Source of the DNA: Burkholderiales bacterium
GTDB taxonomy: Bacteria > Pseudomonadota > Gammaproteobacteria > Burkholderiales > SG8-39
NCBI GenBank assembly: GCA_036274735.1
Contig: DASUFD010000053.1
Coordinates: 19,587-83,586 of the forward strand
Direction of reading: 5' to 3'
Length of the DNA stretch: 64,000 nt
Part shown: positions 37,850-46,899 of the stretch, piece after piece
Layout of the letters: each line of letters opens with the position of its first letter
Position numbering within the stretch: position 1 is the first letter of the stretch
Notes under the pieces: generated by a model
The model's input: the letters and a program-made list of their open reading frames with translations, nothing else
The model's database searches: none
Told to the model about the DNA's origin: nothing
Program-made: the position numbers and the translations under genes

Positions 37850-39002
37850 CGAGGCGCGCGGCGAGGGGCACGTTGGCGAGCACGACGAGCGCCACCACGA
37901 CCAGCGCGGCGGGCACGCCGAGCGCATCGCCGAGCAGGCCGTAAAGCACGGGGGCCAAGGCCCCCGCGCCCACCGTACCGGTATAGAAGATGCTGAAGGC
38001 GCGCACGCGCCAGGCCGGCGCGACGAGGTCCGGCACGGACCCATAGAGGACCGAGGAGGTGCCGTTGAGCGCGATGCCGAGCAACGGCAGGAGCGCCAGC
38101 GCGGCCGGAAGCGGCAATGGCAGAAGCGCGACAATGCCGAGCGCGGTGAGGACTTCCGTAAGCCACACCGTTGGCACCGCACCCAGGCGCGCACCGATGA
38201 AGGCGCAGACGAGCTTTCCCGCGGCTCCGCCGGCGAACACCGCGGTCAGCGCGACGCCGATGGTCGGCAGGCTCGCGCCTTTGGCGGTGAGGACGAAAGG
38301 CAGGAAGGTGAGGAAGGCCATGCGCGCGGCGCTGTCCAGCATGCCGATCGCGAGCAGCGAGTAGAAAGACGCGCGGTCGGTGGTGCTCGGCCCGCCCGCG
38401 GCACCCGGGTCGCCACGGCGCACCTCCTCGCCCTCCGTCGCGCGCGGCGCGAGCGCGAATATCGTTATCGCCGCAAGCACCGTCATGCCGCCGAGCAGGG
38501 CAAGCGTCTGCCGCCAGGGCAGCACGACCAGGAGCAGCGAAACCGCCGCCGGCACCGCCATCTTCCCGATGTCGCCGGCAAAGTTGTAGGCCCCGAGCGC
38601 CTTGAGCGAGCGCGCGCCCGGATACGCGCGCGCGATCATCGAGGAGCCGAGCGGATGCTGCGTGCTCGCCCCCGCGCCGCCGATCACCAGGGCCGCCGCG
38701 AGCAACGGCAGGCCGTAGCTCGCTCCGGCGATCAGGTAGCCGACGCCGACGAACGCAGTGCCGAGCGCAAGGACCGGACGGGCGCCGAGCCGCTGCGCGA
38801 GCAGGCCGGAAGGAATCTGGAGCGCGGCGAGCGTACCGCTGAAGAGCGTGCGCAGGATGCCGAGCGCAGCGTAGCCAAGGCCGAATTCGGCCTGCCAGAC
38901 CGGCAGCATGACGTAGACGAGGTCGGTGCAGCCATCGTGCAGCGCATGGGCGCCGCAGGCGACGGCCGCGGCGCGGCGCTCGTCGCGGGCGGGGGTGGCC
39001 AC
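37809..39002 (-). CDS. MFS transporter
   Basis: About 12 hydrophobic segments. Start set to GTG 39002 ('VATPARDERRAAAVACGAHALHDGCTDLVYVMLPVWQAEFGL'). The further 43 aa of ORF 37809..39131 run into the AT-rich promoter region. Confidence 0.7.
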   Translation of the reverse strand: MATPARDERRAAAVACGAHALHDGCTDLVYVMLPVWQAEFGLGYAALGILRTLFSGTLAALQIPSGLLAQRLGARPVLALGTAFVGVGYLIAGASYGLPLLAAALVIGGAGASTQHPLGSSMIARAYPGARSLKALGAYNFAGDIGKMAVPAAVSLLLVVLPWRQTLALLGGMTVLAAITIFALAPRATEGEEVRRGDPGAAGGPSTTDRASFYSLLAIGMLDSAARMAFLTFLPFVLTAKGASLPTIGVALTAVFAGGAAGKLVCAFIGARLGAVPTVWLTEVLTALGIVALLPLPLPAALALLPLLGIALNGTSSVLYGSVPDLVAPAWRVRAFSIFYTGTVGAGALAPVLYGLLGDALGVPAALVVVALVVLANVPLAARLAKPLSARRAAAGA

Positions 39003-39075
39003 GCGGGAAAGATAGCACCCGGCGGCGGTTGCCGTCTCTCTGGCGCACTTATCAGTTTTTATATAGTATTTGAAT

Positions 39076-39276
39076 ATGGCGCTCAAGGCCAAGGTCAGCA
39101 CCTTCTCCGCCACGGCACGCGATCTCGCCATGCTCGAGGCGGTCGCGCGCTATCACGGCCTGAACAAGAGCGCGACTCTGACGAGCCTCGTGCGCAAGGA
39201 GTTCTGGCGCGTCTTCCCGGCGGGCACCGACAAGGTCCGCCCCGACCGCGGCGCGAAAGTGGAAGGTGATCTATGA
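39076..39276 (+). CDS. small ribbon-helix-helix (CopG/Arc/MetJ-like) protein, hypothetical
   Basis: 66 aa from ATG 39076, with consistently high GC3. The pattern is a beta-strand 'KAKVSTFSA', helix 'TARDLAMLEAVARYH', turn 'GLNKS', then helix 'ATLTSLVRKEFWRVF'. The stop overlaps the next gene's ATG (ATGA). Confidence 0.55.
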   Translation: MALKAKVSTFSATARDLAMLEAVARYHGLNKSATLTSLVRKEFWRVFPAGTDKVRPDRGAKVEGDL

Positions 39277-40457
39277 AAAAACTGCTGCTTCTCCTCGCCT
39301 CGCTCACGCTTGCTACGCCGGCGCCGGCGCAGACCGTGCGCATCGGAGAGCTGAACAGCTACAAGGTGTTCCCTGCCTTCCTCGATCCGTACCGGAAAGG
39401 CATGGCCCTCGCCGTCGAGGAGATCAACGCGGCGGGCGGCGCAGCCGGGCGCAAGCTCGAGCTCGTGACCCGCGACGACGGCGGAACGCCGGGCAGCGCG
39501 GTACGGGTCGCCGAAGAGCTGATCTCGCGCGAAAAGGTCGACCTGCTGATGGGCACGTTCGCGTCGAACGTCGGTCTCGCCGTCGCGAACCTCGCCGCGC
39601 AGCGCAAGATCCTCTTCCTCGCCTCGGAGCCGCTCACCGACAAGCTGGTCTGGCAGGACGGCAATCGCTACACCTTCCGTCTGCGCCCCTCCACTTATAT
39701 GCAGGTGGCGATGCTCGTGCCAGCGGCGGCGAAGCTGAAGAAGAAGCGCTGGGCGATCGTCTATCCCAATTACGAGTACGGGCAGTCGGCGACCGAGTCC
39801 TTCAAGAAGCTCCTCGCGGCGGCGCAGCCGGGGGTCGAGTTCGTCGCCGAGCAGGCGCCGCCGCTCGGCAAGATCGACGCGGGCGCCGTGGTCCAGGCCA
39901 TCGCCGATGCCAAGCCGGATGCGATCTTCAGCTCGCTCTTCGCCACCGACCTGCAGAAGTTCGTGCGGGAGGGCACCACCCGAGGCCTCTTCCGCGCGCG
40001 ACCGGTATTCAATCTACTCGCAGGCGAGCCGGAGTACCTGGATCCGCTCAAGAACGAGACGCCGGAGGGCTGGTGGGTCACCGGCTACCCCTGGCGGCAG
40101 ATCGATACGCCGCAACATCGCAAGTTCCGAGACGCGTACATGCAGCGCTGGAAGGACTACCCGCGCCAGGGATCGGTGGTCGGCTATGCCGCGGTATACG
40201 CGGCGGCCGAGGCCGTGCGCAAGGCGGGGAGCGCGGACACCGAGAAGCTAGTGGACGCCCTGGAAGGCCTGCCGATGCAGACGCCCTTCGGGCCGATCGT
40301 CTGGCGAGCGATCGACCACCAGTCGACGATGGGGGCCTATGTCGGTCAGCTGGCGAAGAACGATGGCCAGGGCTTCATGGTGAATTGGCACTATGCGGAC
40401 GGAGCCGACTACCAGCCCCCGGACGCCGTGGTGCGCGCGTTGCGCAAAGAGCGCTGA
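39273..40457 (+). CDS. ABC transporter substrate-binding protein, branched-chain amino acid (LivK/type-1 PBP) family
   Basis: ORF 394 aa. Signal peptide 'MKKLLLLLASLTLATPAPAQT'. 'RIGELNSY...GMALAVEEINAAGG' typical of Leu/Ile/Val-binding-protein-like SBPs. Confidence 0.85.
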   Translation: MKKLLLLLASLTLATPAPAQTVRIGELNSYKVFPAFLDPYRKGMALAVEEINAAGGAAGRKLELVTRDDGGTPGSAVRVAEELISREKVDLLMGTFASNVGLAVANLAAQRKILFLASEPLTDKLVWQDGNRYTFRLRPSTYMQVAMLVPAAAKLKKKRWAIVYPNYEYGQSATESFKKLLAAAQPGVEFVAEQAPPLGKIDAGAVVQAIADAKPDAIFSSLFATDLQKFVREGTTRGLFRARPVFNLLAGEPEYLDPLKNETPEGWWVTGYPWRQIDTPQHRKFRDAYMQRWKDYPRQGSVVGYAAVYAAAEAVRKAGSADTEKLVDALEGLPMQTPFGPIVWRAIDHQSTMGAYVGQLAKNDGQGFMVNWHYADGADYQPPDAVVRALRKER

Positions 40458-40475
40458 GCCGGGAACCACTTCGCG

Positions 40476-42305
40476 GTGAGTGGCGCCGCCGTCCTGCTGC
40501 AATTTCTCAACGGGCTCGCCGGCGCAAGCTCGCTTTTTCTCGTCGCGGCCGGGCTGTCGCTGATCTTCGGCGTCACCCGCATCGTCAATTTCGCACACGG
40601 ATCGTTGTACATGCTCGGCATGTACTTCGCCGTATGGCTCGCCGAGCGGATCGGCTTCTGGCCGGCGGTGCCTGCCGCCACTCTCGGCGTCGCCGGCGCC
40701 GGCGTCCTGATCGAGGCGATGCTGCTGCGCCGGCTATACCGAGCGCCGGAGCTGCTGCAGCTCCTCGCGACCTTCGCCGTGGTGCTGATCGTGCGCGATC
40801 TCGCGCTCTGGGCCTGGGGCCCGGTGGACATGCTCGGGCCGCGCGCTCCGGGGTTCGCCGGTGCCGCGACCATCATCGGCCGACCGTTTCCGCAATACGA
40901 CCTGCTGCTGATCGGCATGGCACCGCTCGTCCTCGCGCTGCTGCACTTCTTCCTCGCCAGGACGCGCTGGGGCGTGCTCATCCGCGCCGCCGCCGAAGAC
41001 CGGGAAATGGCGGGCGCGCTCGGCGTCAATCAGCGCTGGCTCTTCACGGCAGTCTTTGCGCTCGGCGCCGCGCTTGCGGGCTTCGGCGGCGCGCTTGCCA
41101 TCCCGCGCGAGCCGGCGAGCCTCGGCGTCGACCTGGCCCTCGTTGCCGACGCCTTCGTCGTGGTCGTTGTAGGCGGCCTCGGCTCGATCCCCGGCGCCTT
41201 CCTCGCGGCCCTCGCGATCGGCGAGGTCAAGGCCTTCTGTACCGGCCTGGGCTACTCGAAGCTCACGCTCGTCGTCGAATTCATCGTCATGGCGGTGGTG
41301 CTCGTGCTGCGGCCCCAGGGTTTGCTCGGGCGTCCCGAGCCCGCGCCGCGCGTCGCCGCATTGCAGAGCGCACCGCTCCTCGCGCCGCTCTCGCGGCCGG
41401 CCCGTGTCGCGCTCGCGCTTCTCGCCGCCCTCCTTCTCGCCGCGCCGCTCGTCGGAGACGAGTACACCGTCGTGCTCCTCACCGACCTTCTCGTCTTCGC
41501 CGTCTTCGCCGCGAGCCTGCACTTGCTCATGGGCCCGGGAGGAATGGCTTCTTTCGGGCATGCCGCGTATTTCGGCCTCGGGGCCTATGGGGCGGGCATC
41601 GTCCTGCTGCGCTTCGGCGCGCCCATGGCGCTCGCGCTCGCGATCGCGCCGCTCGCCGCCGGGCTCGGCGCGGCGCTCTTCGGCTGGTTCTGCGTGCGGC
41701 TCTCGGGCGTCTATCTCGCGATGCTCACCCTCGCCTTCGCCCAGATCGCCTGGTCGGTGGCATTCCAGTGGGACGAGCTGACCGGCGGCTCGAACGGGTT
41801 GATCGGCGTGTGGCCGCCGGCATGGCTCGCCACGAAGACCGCCTACTACTACCTGGTGCTCACCCTGGGCATCACGGCGATCGGATTGCTCTGGCGGGCT
41901 ATCTACTCGCCCTTCGGTTACGCGCTGCGCGCGTCGCGCGATTCCGCGTTGCGCGCCGAAGCGCTCGGCATCAACGTGCGCATGCAGCAGTGGGCCGCTT
42001 TCACCGCGGCGGGTTGTTTCGCCGGCGTCGCGGGCGGTCTTTTCGCCTTCTCGAAGGGGTCGATCTCGCCCGACGTTCTCTCCGTGCCGCGCTCGGTCGA
42101 CGCGCTGGTCATGGTGCTGCTCGGCGGCGTGCAAACGCTCACCGGGCCGCTTTGGGGAGCGGCGCTCTTCACCTGGCTCTCCGACGTCGCCTCACGAAGC
42201 ATCGACTACTGGCGCGCGGCCATCGGCGGCGTGATTCTTCTTCTCGTACTCGCGTTCCCGCAGGGCATCGCGGGTTCGTTGCGGCGATGGCGGCCCTCGC
42301 CGTAA
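40476..42305 (+). CDS. fused LivH-like + LivM-like ABC permease
   Basis: ORF 609 aa. The N-terminal half 'LLQFLNGLAGASSLFLVAAGLSLIFGVTRIVNFAHG' is LivH-like. The C-terminal half 'LMGPGGMASFGHAAYFGLGAY' is LivM-like. Confidence 0.8.
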   Translation: MSGAAVLLQFLNGLAGASSLFLVAAGLSLIFGVTRIVNFAHGSLYMLGMYFAVWLAERIGFWPAVPAATLGVAGAGVLIEAMLLRRLYRAPELLQLLATFAVVLIVRDLALWAWGPVDMLGPRAPGFAGAATIIGRPFPQYDLLLIGMAPLVLALLHFFLARTRWGVLIRAAAEDREMAGALGVNQRWLFTAVFALGAALAGFGGALAIPREPASLGVDLALVADAFVVVVVGGLGSIPGAFLAALAIGEVKAFCTGLGYSKLTLVVEFIVMAVVLVLRPQGLLGRPEPAPRVAALQSAPLLAPLSRPARVALALLAALLLAAPLVGDEYTVVLLTDLLVFAVFAASLHLLMGPGGMASFGHAAYFGLGAYGAGIVLLRFGAPMALALAIAPLAAGLGAALFGWFCVRLSGVYLAMLTLAFAQIAWSVAFQWDELTGGSNGLIGVWPPAWLATKTAYYYLVLTLGITAIGLLWRAIYSPFGYALRASRDSALRAEALGINVRMQQWAAFTAAGCFAGVAGGLFAFSKGSISPDVLSVPRSVDALVMVLLGGVQTLTGPLWGAALFTWLSDVASRSIDYWRAAIGGVILLLVLAFPQGIAGSLRRWRPSP

Positions 42306-43027
42306 GCCATCTTTCGAAGGCCTACGGCGGCGTGCAGGCGTTGCGCGACGTCTCGTTCAGCGTCGGCGCAGGCGAGCGCGTCGCCCTCATCGGACCGAAC
42401 GGCGCCGGCAAGACCACCTGCTTCAACGTTCTCAACGGCCAGCTCACGCCCGACAGCGGTGAAGTTCGCCTCTACGGCGCGAGTCTCCTCGGCATGGCGT
42501 CGCACGCGATCGCTCGGCTCGGGGTCGGCCGAACCTTCCAGGTGGCGGCGCTCTTCGGATCGATGAGCGTACGCGAGAATGTCCAGGTCGCCCTGCTCGC
42601 GCACCATCGGCGCGAGCGCTCGTTCCTCGTTCCCGCACGGCGAAGCTACGCCGGCGAGGCGGACCGGCTCCTCGACACCGTCGGCCTGCGCGGGCAGGCG
42701 GAACGCGCCTGCGCGCTCCTCCCCTACGGCGAGCTGAAGCGCCTCGAGCTCGCCGTCGCGCTCGCGCAGGCGCCGCGCGTGCTGCTCATGGACGAGCCGA
42801 CGGCCGGGATGGCCCCCGCCGAGCGCTCTGCCCTCATGGCGCTCGCCTCGCAGCTCGCTCGCAGCGAGAATATCGCCGTGCTTTTCACGGAGCACGACAT
42901 GGACGTCGTCTTCGGCTTTGCCAGCCGCATTCTCGTGCTGCATCTCGGCGAGCTGATCGCCGAGGGCGAGCCGCACGCCGTGCGCAATGACGCGCGCGTA
43001 CGCGCCGTCTACCTGGGCGATGCTTGA
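42287..43027 (+). CDS. ABC transporter ATP-binding protein (LivG-like)
   Basis: 246 aa from ATG 42287 (3' end of the artefactual 1253-aa ORF). Walker A 'GPNGAGKTT', signature 'LPYGELKRLELA', Walker B 'VLLMDEP'. Confidence 0.85.
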   Translation: MAALAVSHLSKAYGGVQALRDVSFSVGAGERVALIGPNGAGKTTCFNVLNGQLTPDSGEVRLYGASLLGMASHAIARLGVGRTFQVAALFGSMSVRENVQVALLAHHRRERSFLVPARRSYAGEADRLLDTVGLRGQAERACALLPYGELKRLELAVALAQAPRVLLMDEPTAGMAPAERSALMALASQLARSENIAVLFTEHDMDVVFGFASRILVLHLGELIAEGEPHAVRNDARVRAVYLGDA

Positions 43028-43664
43028 AGTCACCCGGCTCAGCGCCGGCTATGGACGCGCCCGGGTACTGTTCGAGGTCAACCTCGTCGCCCGCGCGGGC
43101 GAAGTCGTGGCGCTCCTTGGGCGAAACGGCGCCGGCAAGTCCACTCTGCTCAAGGCGCTCATGGGCCTGGTGGAGCGCTTCTCCGGCGAGGTGCGCTTCG
43201 CCGGCCAACGCATCGAGCGCCTCGAGCCCTACGAGATCGCGCGTCTCGGGCTCGGGTACGTTCCCGAGGAGCGGCGGATTTTCCCCGGGCTGAGCGTGGC
43301 CGAGAATCTTCTCGTCGGCCGCCAGCCGCGGCGCGCCGAGGCGCCGCTTTGGGACGACGCGCGCCTCTACGCGCTTTTTCCCGCCCTCGGGGCGATGCGT
43401 TCGCGCCGGGGCGCGCGCATGTCGGGCGGCGAGCAGCAGATGCTTGCCATTGCGCGCACGCTCGCCGGCAACCCGCGCGCGATCCTGCTCGACGAGCCCT
43501 CGGAGGGCCTCGCGCCGCTCGTCACGGCGCAGGTCGTGGCGGTCGTTCGCGAGCTCAAGCGCGCCGGAGTGACCGTGCTCCTGGCCGAGCAGAGCCCGCG
43601 CTTTGTCGAGCGCGTCGCCGATCGTGCCTATGCCCTGGAAAAGGGAACGCTGAGCGAGCGATGA
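43020..43664 (+). CDS. ABC transporter ATP-binding protein (LivF-like)
   Basis: 214 aa from ATG 43020 (8-nt overlap with the preceding gene). Walker A 'GRNGAGKST', signature 'MSGGEQQMLAIA', Walker B 'ILLDEPSEGL'. Confidence 0.85.
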   Translation: MLEVTRLSAGYGRARVLFEVNLVARAGEVVALLGRNGAGKSTLLKALMGLVERFSGEVRFAGQRIERLEPYEIARLGLGYVPEERRIFPGLSVAENLLVGRQPRRAEAPLWDDARLYALFPALGAMRSRRGARMSGGEQQMLAIARTLAGNPRAILLDEPSEGLAPLVTAQVVAVVRELKRAGVTVLLAEQSPRFVERVADRAYALEKGTLSER

Positions 43665-43676
43665 AGCGGACGACCG

Positions 43677-44570
43677 ATGCCGCTTGAGCGCTTCGCTCGC
43701 CTGTCGATCGGCGCGGCGCTCGCCACCATCGCGCTCAAAGCCACGGCGTGGTGGATCACCGGCTCCGTGGGCCTGCTCTCCGACGCCCTCGAGTCGCTGG
43801 TCAATCTCGCAGCGGCCTTCCTCGCGCTGTGGATGCTGCGCCTCGCGGCGGCCCCGCCGAGCGAAGAGCATGCGTACGGCTTCTCGAAGGCCGAGTACTT
43901 CTCCGCCGGCATCGAGGGCGGGCTGATTGTCTTCGCCGCCGCCGGTATCCTCTTCGCCGCGATTCCCCGCTTCGTCGAGCCGCAGCCGCTCGACATGCCG
44001 GCCCTCGGTCTGGGCCTCACCGCGGTGGCGACGGCGCTCAACTTCGCCGTGGCGCGCTCGCTGATCGGCGCCGGGAAGCGCTTCCACAGCATCACGCTGG
44101 AGGCCGACGGCCGGCACCTGATGACCGACGTGTGGACTTCGCTCGGCGTATTCGCCGGCGTGACGCTCGTCTACGCGACCGGGCTGTACTGGCTCGATCC
44201 GCTCGTCGCGCTCGCCGTCGCCCTGCACATCGTCTGGGCCGGCGCGATGCTGGTGCGTCGCTCGGTGAAAGGCCTCCTCGACGCGGCCATCTCTCCCGTC
44301 GACAAGAACGAGGTCACGCGCCTCTTCGGCGAGTATTCGCGACGCTACGGCGTCTCGTTCCACGCGCTGCGTACGCGACAGGCGGGGGCACGCCGCTTCC
44401 TCTCGTTTCACATGCTGGTGCCGGACGCGTGGACCGTATCGCAGGCGCACAAGCTTTGCGAAGAGCTCGAGGAGCGCATTCGCTCGCTCGTGCCCAACGC
44501 CTCGATCGACACCCATATCGAGCCGATCTCCGATCCTGCTTCCTATGACGACCAGGGCCTCGACCGCTGA
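43677..44570 (+). CDS. cation diffusion facilitator family transporter
   Basis: ORF 297 aa. 'GSVGLLSDALESLVN', 'HAYGFSKAEYF', 'LEADGRHLMTDVWTS'. C-terminal cytoplasmic domain. Confidence 0.85.
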   Translation: MPLERFARLSIGAALATIALKATAWWITGSVGLLSDALESLVNLAAAFLALWMLRLAAAPPSEEHAYGFSKAEYFSAGIEGGLIVFAAAGILFAAIPRFVEPQPLDMPALGLGLTAVATALNFAVARSLIGAGKRFHSITLEADGRHLMTDVWTSLGVFAGVTLVYATGLYWLDPLVALAVALHIVWAGAMLVRRSVKGLLDAAISPVDKNEVTRLFGEYSRRYGVSFHALRTRQAGARRFLSFHMLVPDAWTVSQAHKLCEELEERIRSLVPNASIDTHIEPISDPASYDDQGLDR

Positions 44571-45711
44571 CAAGGCCGATCTCGGCGCCGTCGTGCGTCC
44601 CGGTGACGCGATCGTGGCCGGGCAGGCCTGCGCCGAGCCGGCCACGCTGCTCGAATTGCTCGTCGCGCAGCGCGAAGCGCTCTCCGGTTGCCGCCTCTTC
44701 CTCGGGTCGAGCTACTCGGGCGTCGTCAAGCCCGAATGCGCCGATCACCTTCGCCTCGCTTCGTATTGCGGCACCGGAACCAACCGGGCCCTGGCGGACG
44801 CCGGCGTGCTCGACATCCTGCCTGCGCCCTATTCGCGGCTCGGCGCCCTGCTCCGCACGCGGCAGCTTCCCTGCGATGTCGTGTTCGTCCAGGTAAGCCC
44901 GCCGAACGGCCGAGGCGAGTACAGCCTGGGTCTCGCCGTGGAATATCTCGCGCCGGCGCTCGAGGTCTGCCGAGCCGTCGTCGCCGAAGTGAACGACCAG
45001 GTACCCTGGACCCACACCCAGCCGCTGCTAAGGGAGGGCGATCTTGATCTTGCCGTCGAGACCTCGCGCGCGCCCGTCACCCTCGACCAGGGGCGGCCGA
45101 AGGACAACGACCTGCGCATCGCGCGTTTCGCGGCCGAGCTCGTCCCCGACGGCGCGACGATCGAGTGCGGCATCGGCGCGTTGCCGAACGCTGTCGTCGC
45201 TGCCCTGAACGGCAAGGCCCGGCTGCGCTACCACTCGGGCCTCGTGTGCGACGCGACGGTCGACCTGGCCCTCGACGCCTGCCTCGGCGGAGCGCTCATC
45301 GGCTCGCCGCGCCTGTTCGAATGGGCGCGCGAGAATCCGCTCGTGCAACTGCGCTCGTCCGACATCACCCATGGCGCCTCCGACCTAGCCGGGATCGAGC
45401 GCTTCGTCGCCATCAATTCGGCGGTCGAGGTCGACACTACCGGCCAGGTAAACGGCGAGATGGCGCGCGGCAGCTATATCGGTGCCGTCGGCGGCGCGCT
45501 CGACTTCGTGCGCGCGGCGAATCAGTCGCGCGGCGGACTGTCGATCGTGGTGCTCCCGGCTGCGCGCGTGGTCGAGCAGCTTTCCGGTCCGGTCTCGCTG
45601 CCTCGAAGCGAGGCGGCGGTCTTCGTCACCGAGCTCGGCGTCGCCGACTTGCGCGGATGCACGCTGATCGAGCGCGTGCGCCGCATGCGCAAGATCAGCG
45701 GAAGGTCTTGA
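44545..45711 (+). CDS. acetyl-CoA hydrolase/transferase family protein
   Basis: ORF 388 aa. 'VFVQVSPPNGRGEYSLG', 'IECGIGALPNAV', 'INSAVEVDTTGQVN', 'GAVGGALDF' are typical of this CoA-transferase family. Confidence 0.7.
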   Translation: MTTRASTADKADLGAVVRPGDAIVAGQACAEPATLLELLVAQREALSGCRLFLGSSYSGVVKPECADHLRLASYCGTGTNRALADAGVLDILPAPYSRLGALLRTRQLPCDVVFVQVSPPNGRGEYSLGLAVEYLAPALEVCRAVVAEVNDQVPWTHTQPLLREGDLDLAVETSRAPVTLDQGRPKDNDLRIARFAAELVPDGATIECGIGALPNAVVAALNGKARLRYHSGLVCDATVDLALDACLGGALIGSPRLFEWARENPLVQLRSSDITHGASDLAGIERFVAINSAVEVDTTGQVNGEMARGSYIGAVGGALDFVRAANQSRGGLSIVVLPAARVVEQLSGPVSLPRSEAAVFVTELGVADLRGCTLIERVRRMRKISGRS

Positions 45712-46879
45712 GCTCTCGCACGGTCCAGAAGGGCGCGGAAGCAATGGCCACGCAGACGAGGGCGAACGCCAGTCCAACCTTGTAGCCGCCCGTCAGGTCG
45801 TGCAGGAGCCCGCCGATGAAAGAGCCGCAGGCCGCGCCGACTGCGTTCGCGGCGTAGATGCCGCCATAGATCGCCGCGACGTTCGGCCCGGCGAAGTACT
45901 TCGTGCCCACCGAGGAGACGATCGGGCCCCGCACCCCCATGCACAACCCGAACGTCGGCACGAACAAGACGAGCAGCCAAGTCAGCGGAGCGACGGCCAT
46001 GGAGAGCAGGAGCGCCATGCCGCTCGCCGTGCCGACGAAGCTCGCCGTGACAACCCGGCGGTAGCCGAAGCGGTCGGAGGTGAAACCACTTCCCATGACG
46101 CTCATCGCCGACATCATGCCGATCGCGCCGAAGGCGGTCGCCGCGGTGAAGGGAGAGAACCCGGCGTCGATGAAGAAAGCGACGAGCTGGACCAGCACGG
46201 TGAACATGCCCGCCGCCGTGAAGAAGAACACCTGTGTGAGGCCCCAGTACACCGGACTGCGCAGCGCGGCGCGCAGCGTCCATCCCTCGGCCGCGCCTCT
46301 TGCCCTCGGCGCACGATGCTCCGGACTCCCGGCCGTGAACCGGCGCCACGGGACCCCAAGAGCAACGATCGGCGCGGCGAGAAGCAGCGTGCCGCCGAGC
46401 ATGCGATAGGCGCCGCGCCAGTCGAACTCGGCGACCAGGTGCTGCGCGAGGGGCACGAGCACCAGCGCGCCGACGCCGAACGAGGAATAGGCGATGCCGA
46501 TCGCCGTCGAAAGCCGGGCGCGAAACCAGCGCGACAGGAGCGCCGATGCGGGAACCATGCCGTTCAGGCTCACGCCGATGCCGACCAGCGCGCCGACGAA
46601 AACATAGAACTGCCAGAGGCTCTCCAGCGTGCTGGCGAAGAAAAAGGCCGCGCCGAGGCATACGGTGCCCGCGCCGTAGACCCAGCGCGGCCCGAGCCGA
46701 TCGAACGCGAGCCCGACGAGCGGCGCGGTGAAGCCGTGCACCAGGAGGTAGACCGAATAGACCCCGGTGGTCTGCGAGCGCGACCAGCCGAATTCGCGCT
46801 CGAGCGGCAGCAGGAAGACGGCGTAGGTGTCGCCGAGCCCGCGCCCGAACATGTTGAGGGCGAAGCAGGCGGCGAGCAC
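45695..46879 (-). CDS. MFS transporter
   Basis: 3' part of the 805-aa ORF 45695..48112, with about 12 hydrophobic segments ('FLLPLEREFGWSRSQTTGVYS'). The start is uncertain: GTG 46879, ATG 46852, or a non-canonical start near 46903. Confidence 0.7.
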   Translation of the reverse strand: MLAACFALNMFGRGLGDTYAVFLLPLEREFGWSRSQTTGVYSVYLLVHGFTAPLVGLAFDRLGPRWVYGAGTVCLGAAFFFASTLESLWQFYVFVGALVGIGVSLNGMVPASALLSRWFRARLSTAIGIAYSSFGVGALVLVPLAQHLVAEFDWRGAYRMLGGTLLLAAPIVALGVPWRRFTAGSPEHRAPRARGAAEGWTLRAALRSPVYWGLTQVFFFTAAGMFTVLVQLVAFFIDAGFSPFTAATAFGAIGMMSAMSVMGSGFTSDRFGYRRVVTASFVGTASGMALLLSMAVAPLTWLLVLFVPTFGLCMGVRGPIVSSVGTKYFAGPNVAAIYGGIYAANAVGAACGSFIGGLLHDLTGGYKVGLAFALVCVAIASAPFWTVRELKTFR

Positions 46880-46899
46880 CGCCAGCGCAGTTCTTCGAA

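Noticed and set aside
39266-42286. 5' three-quarters of the 1253-aa + strand ORF 39266..43027
   Set aside because: This frame runs out of phase through the SBP and fused-permease genes and translates to Arg/Ala/Pro-rich sequence. Only its last 246 codons (from ATG 42287) form the LivG-like ATPase.
42885-44645. 586-aa minus-strand ORF across livG/livF/CDF
   Set aside because: It is antisense to three genes with clear Walker and CDF motifs. Its composition is an artefact (Arg/Ala/Glu/Gly-rich).
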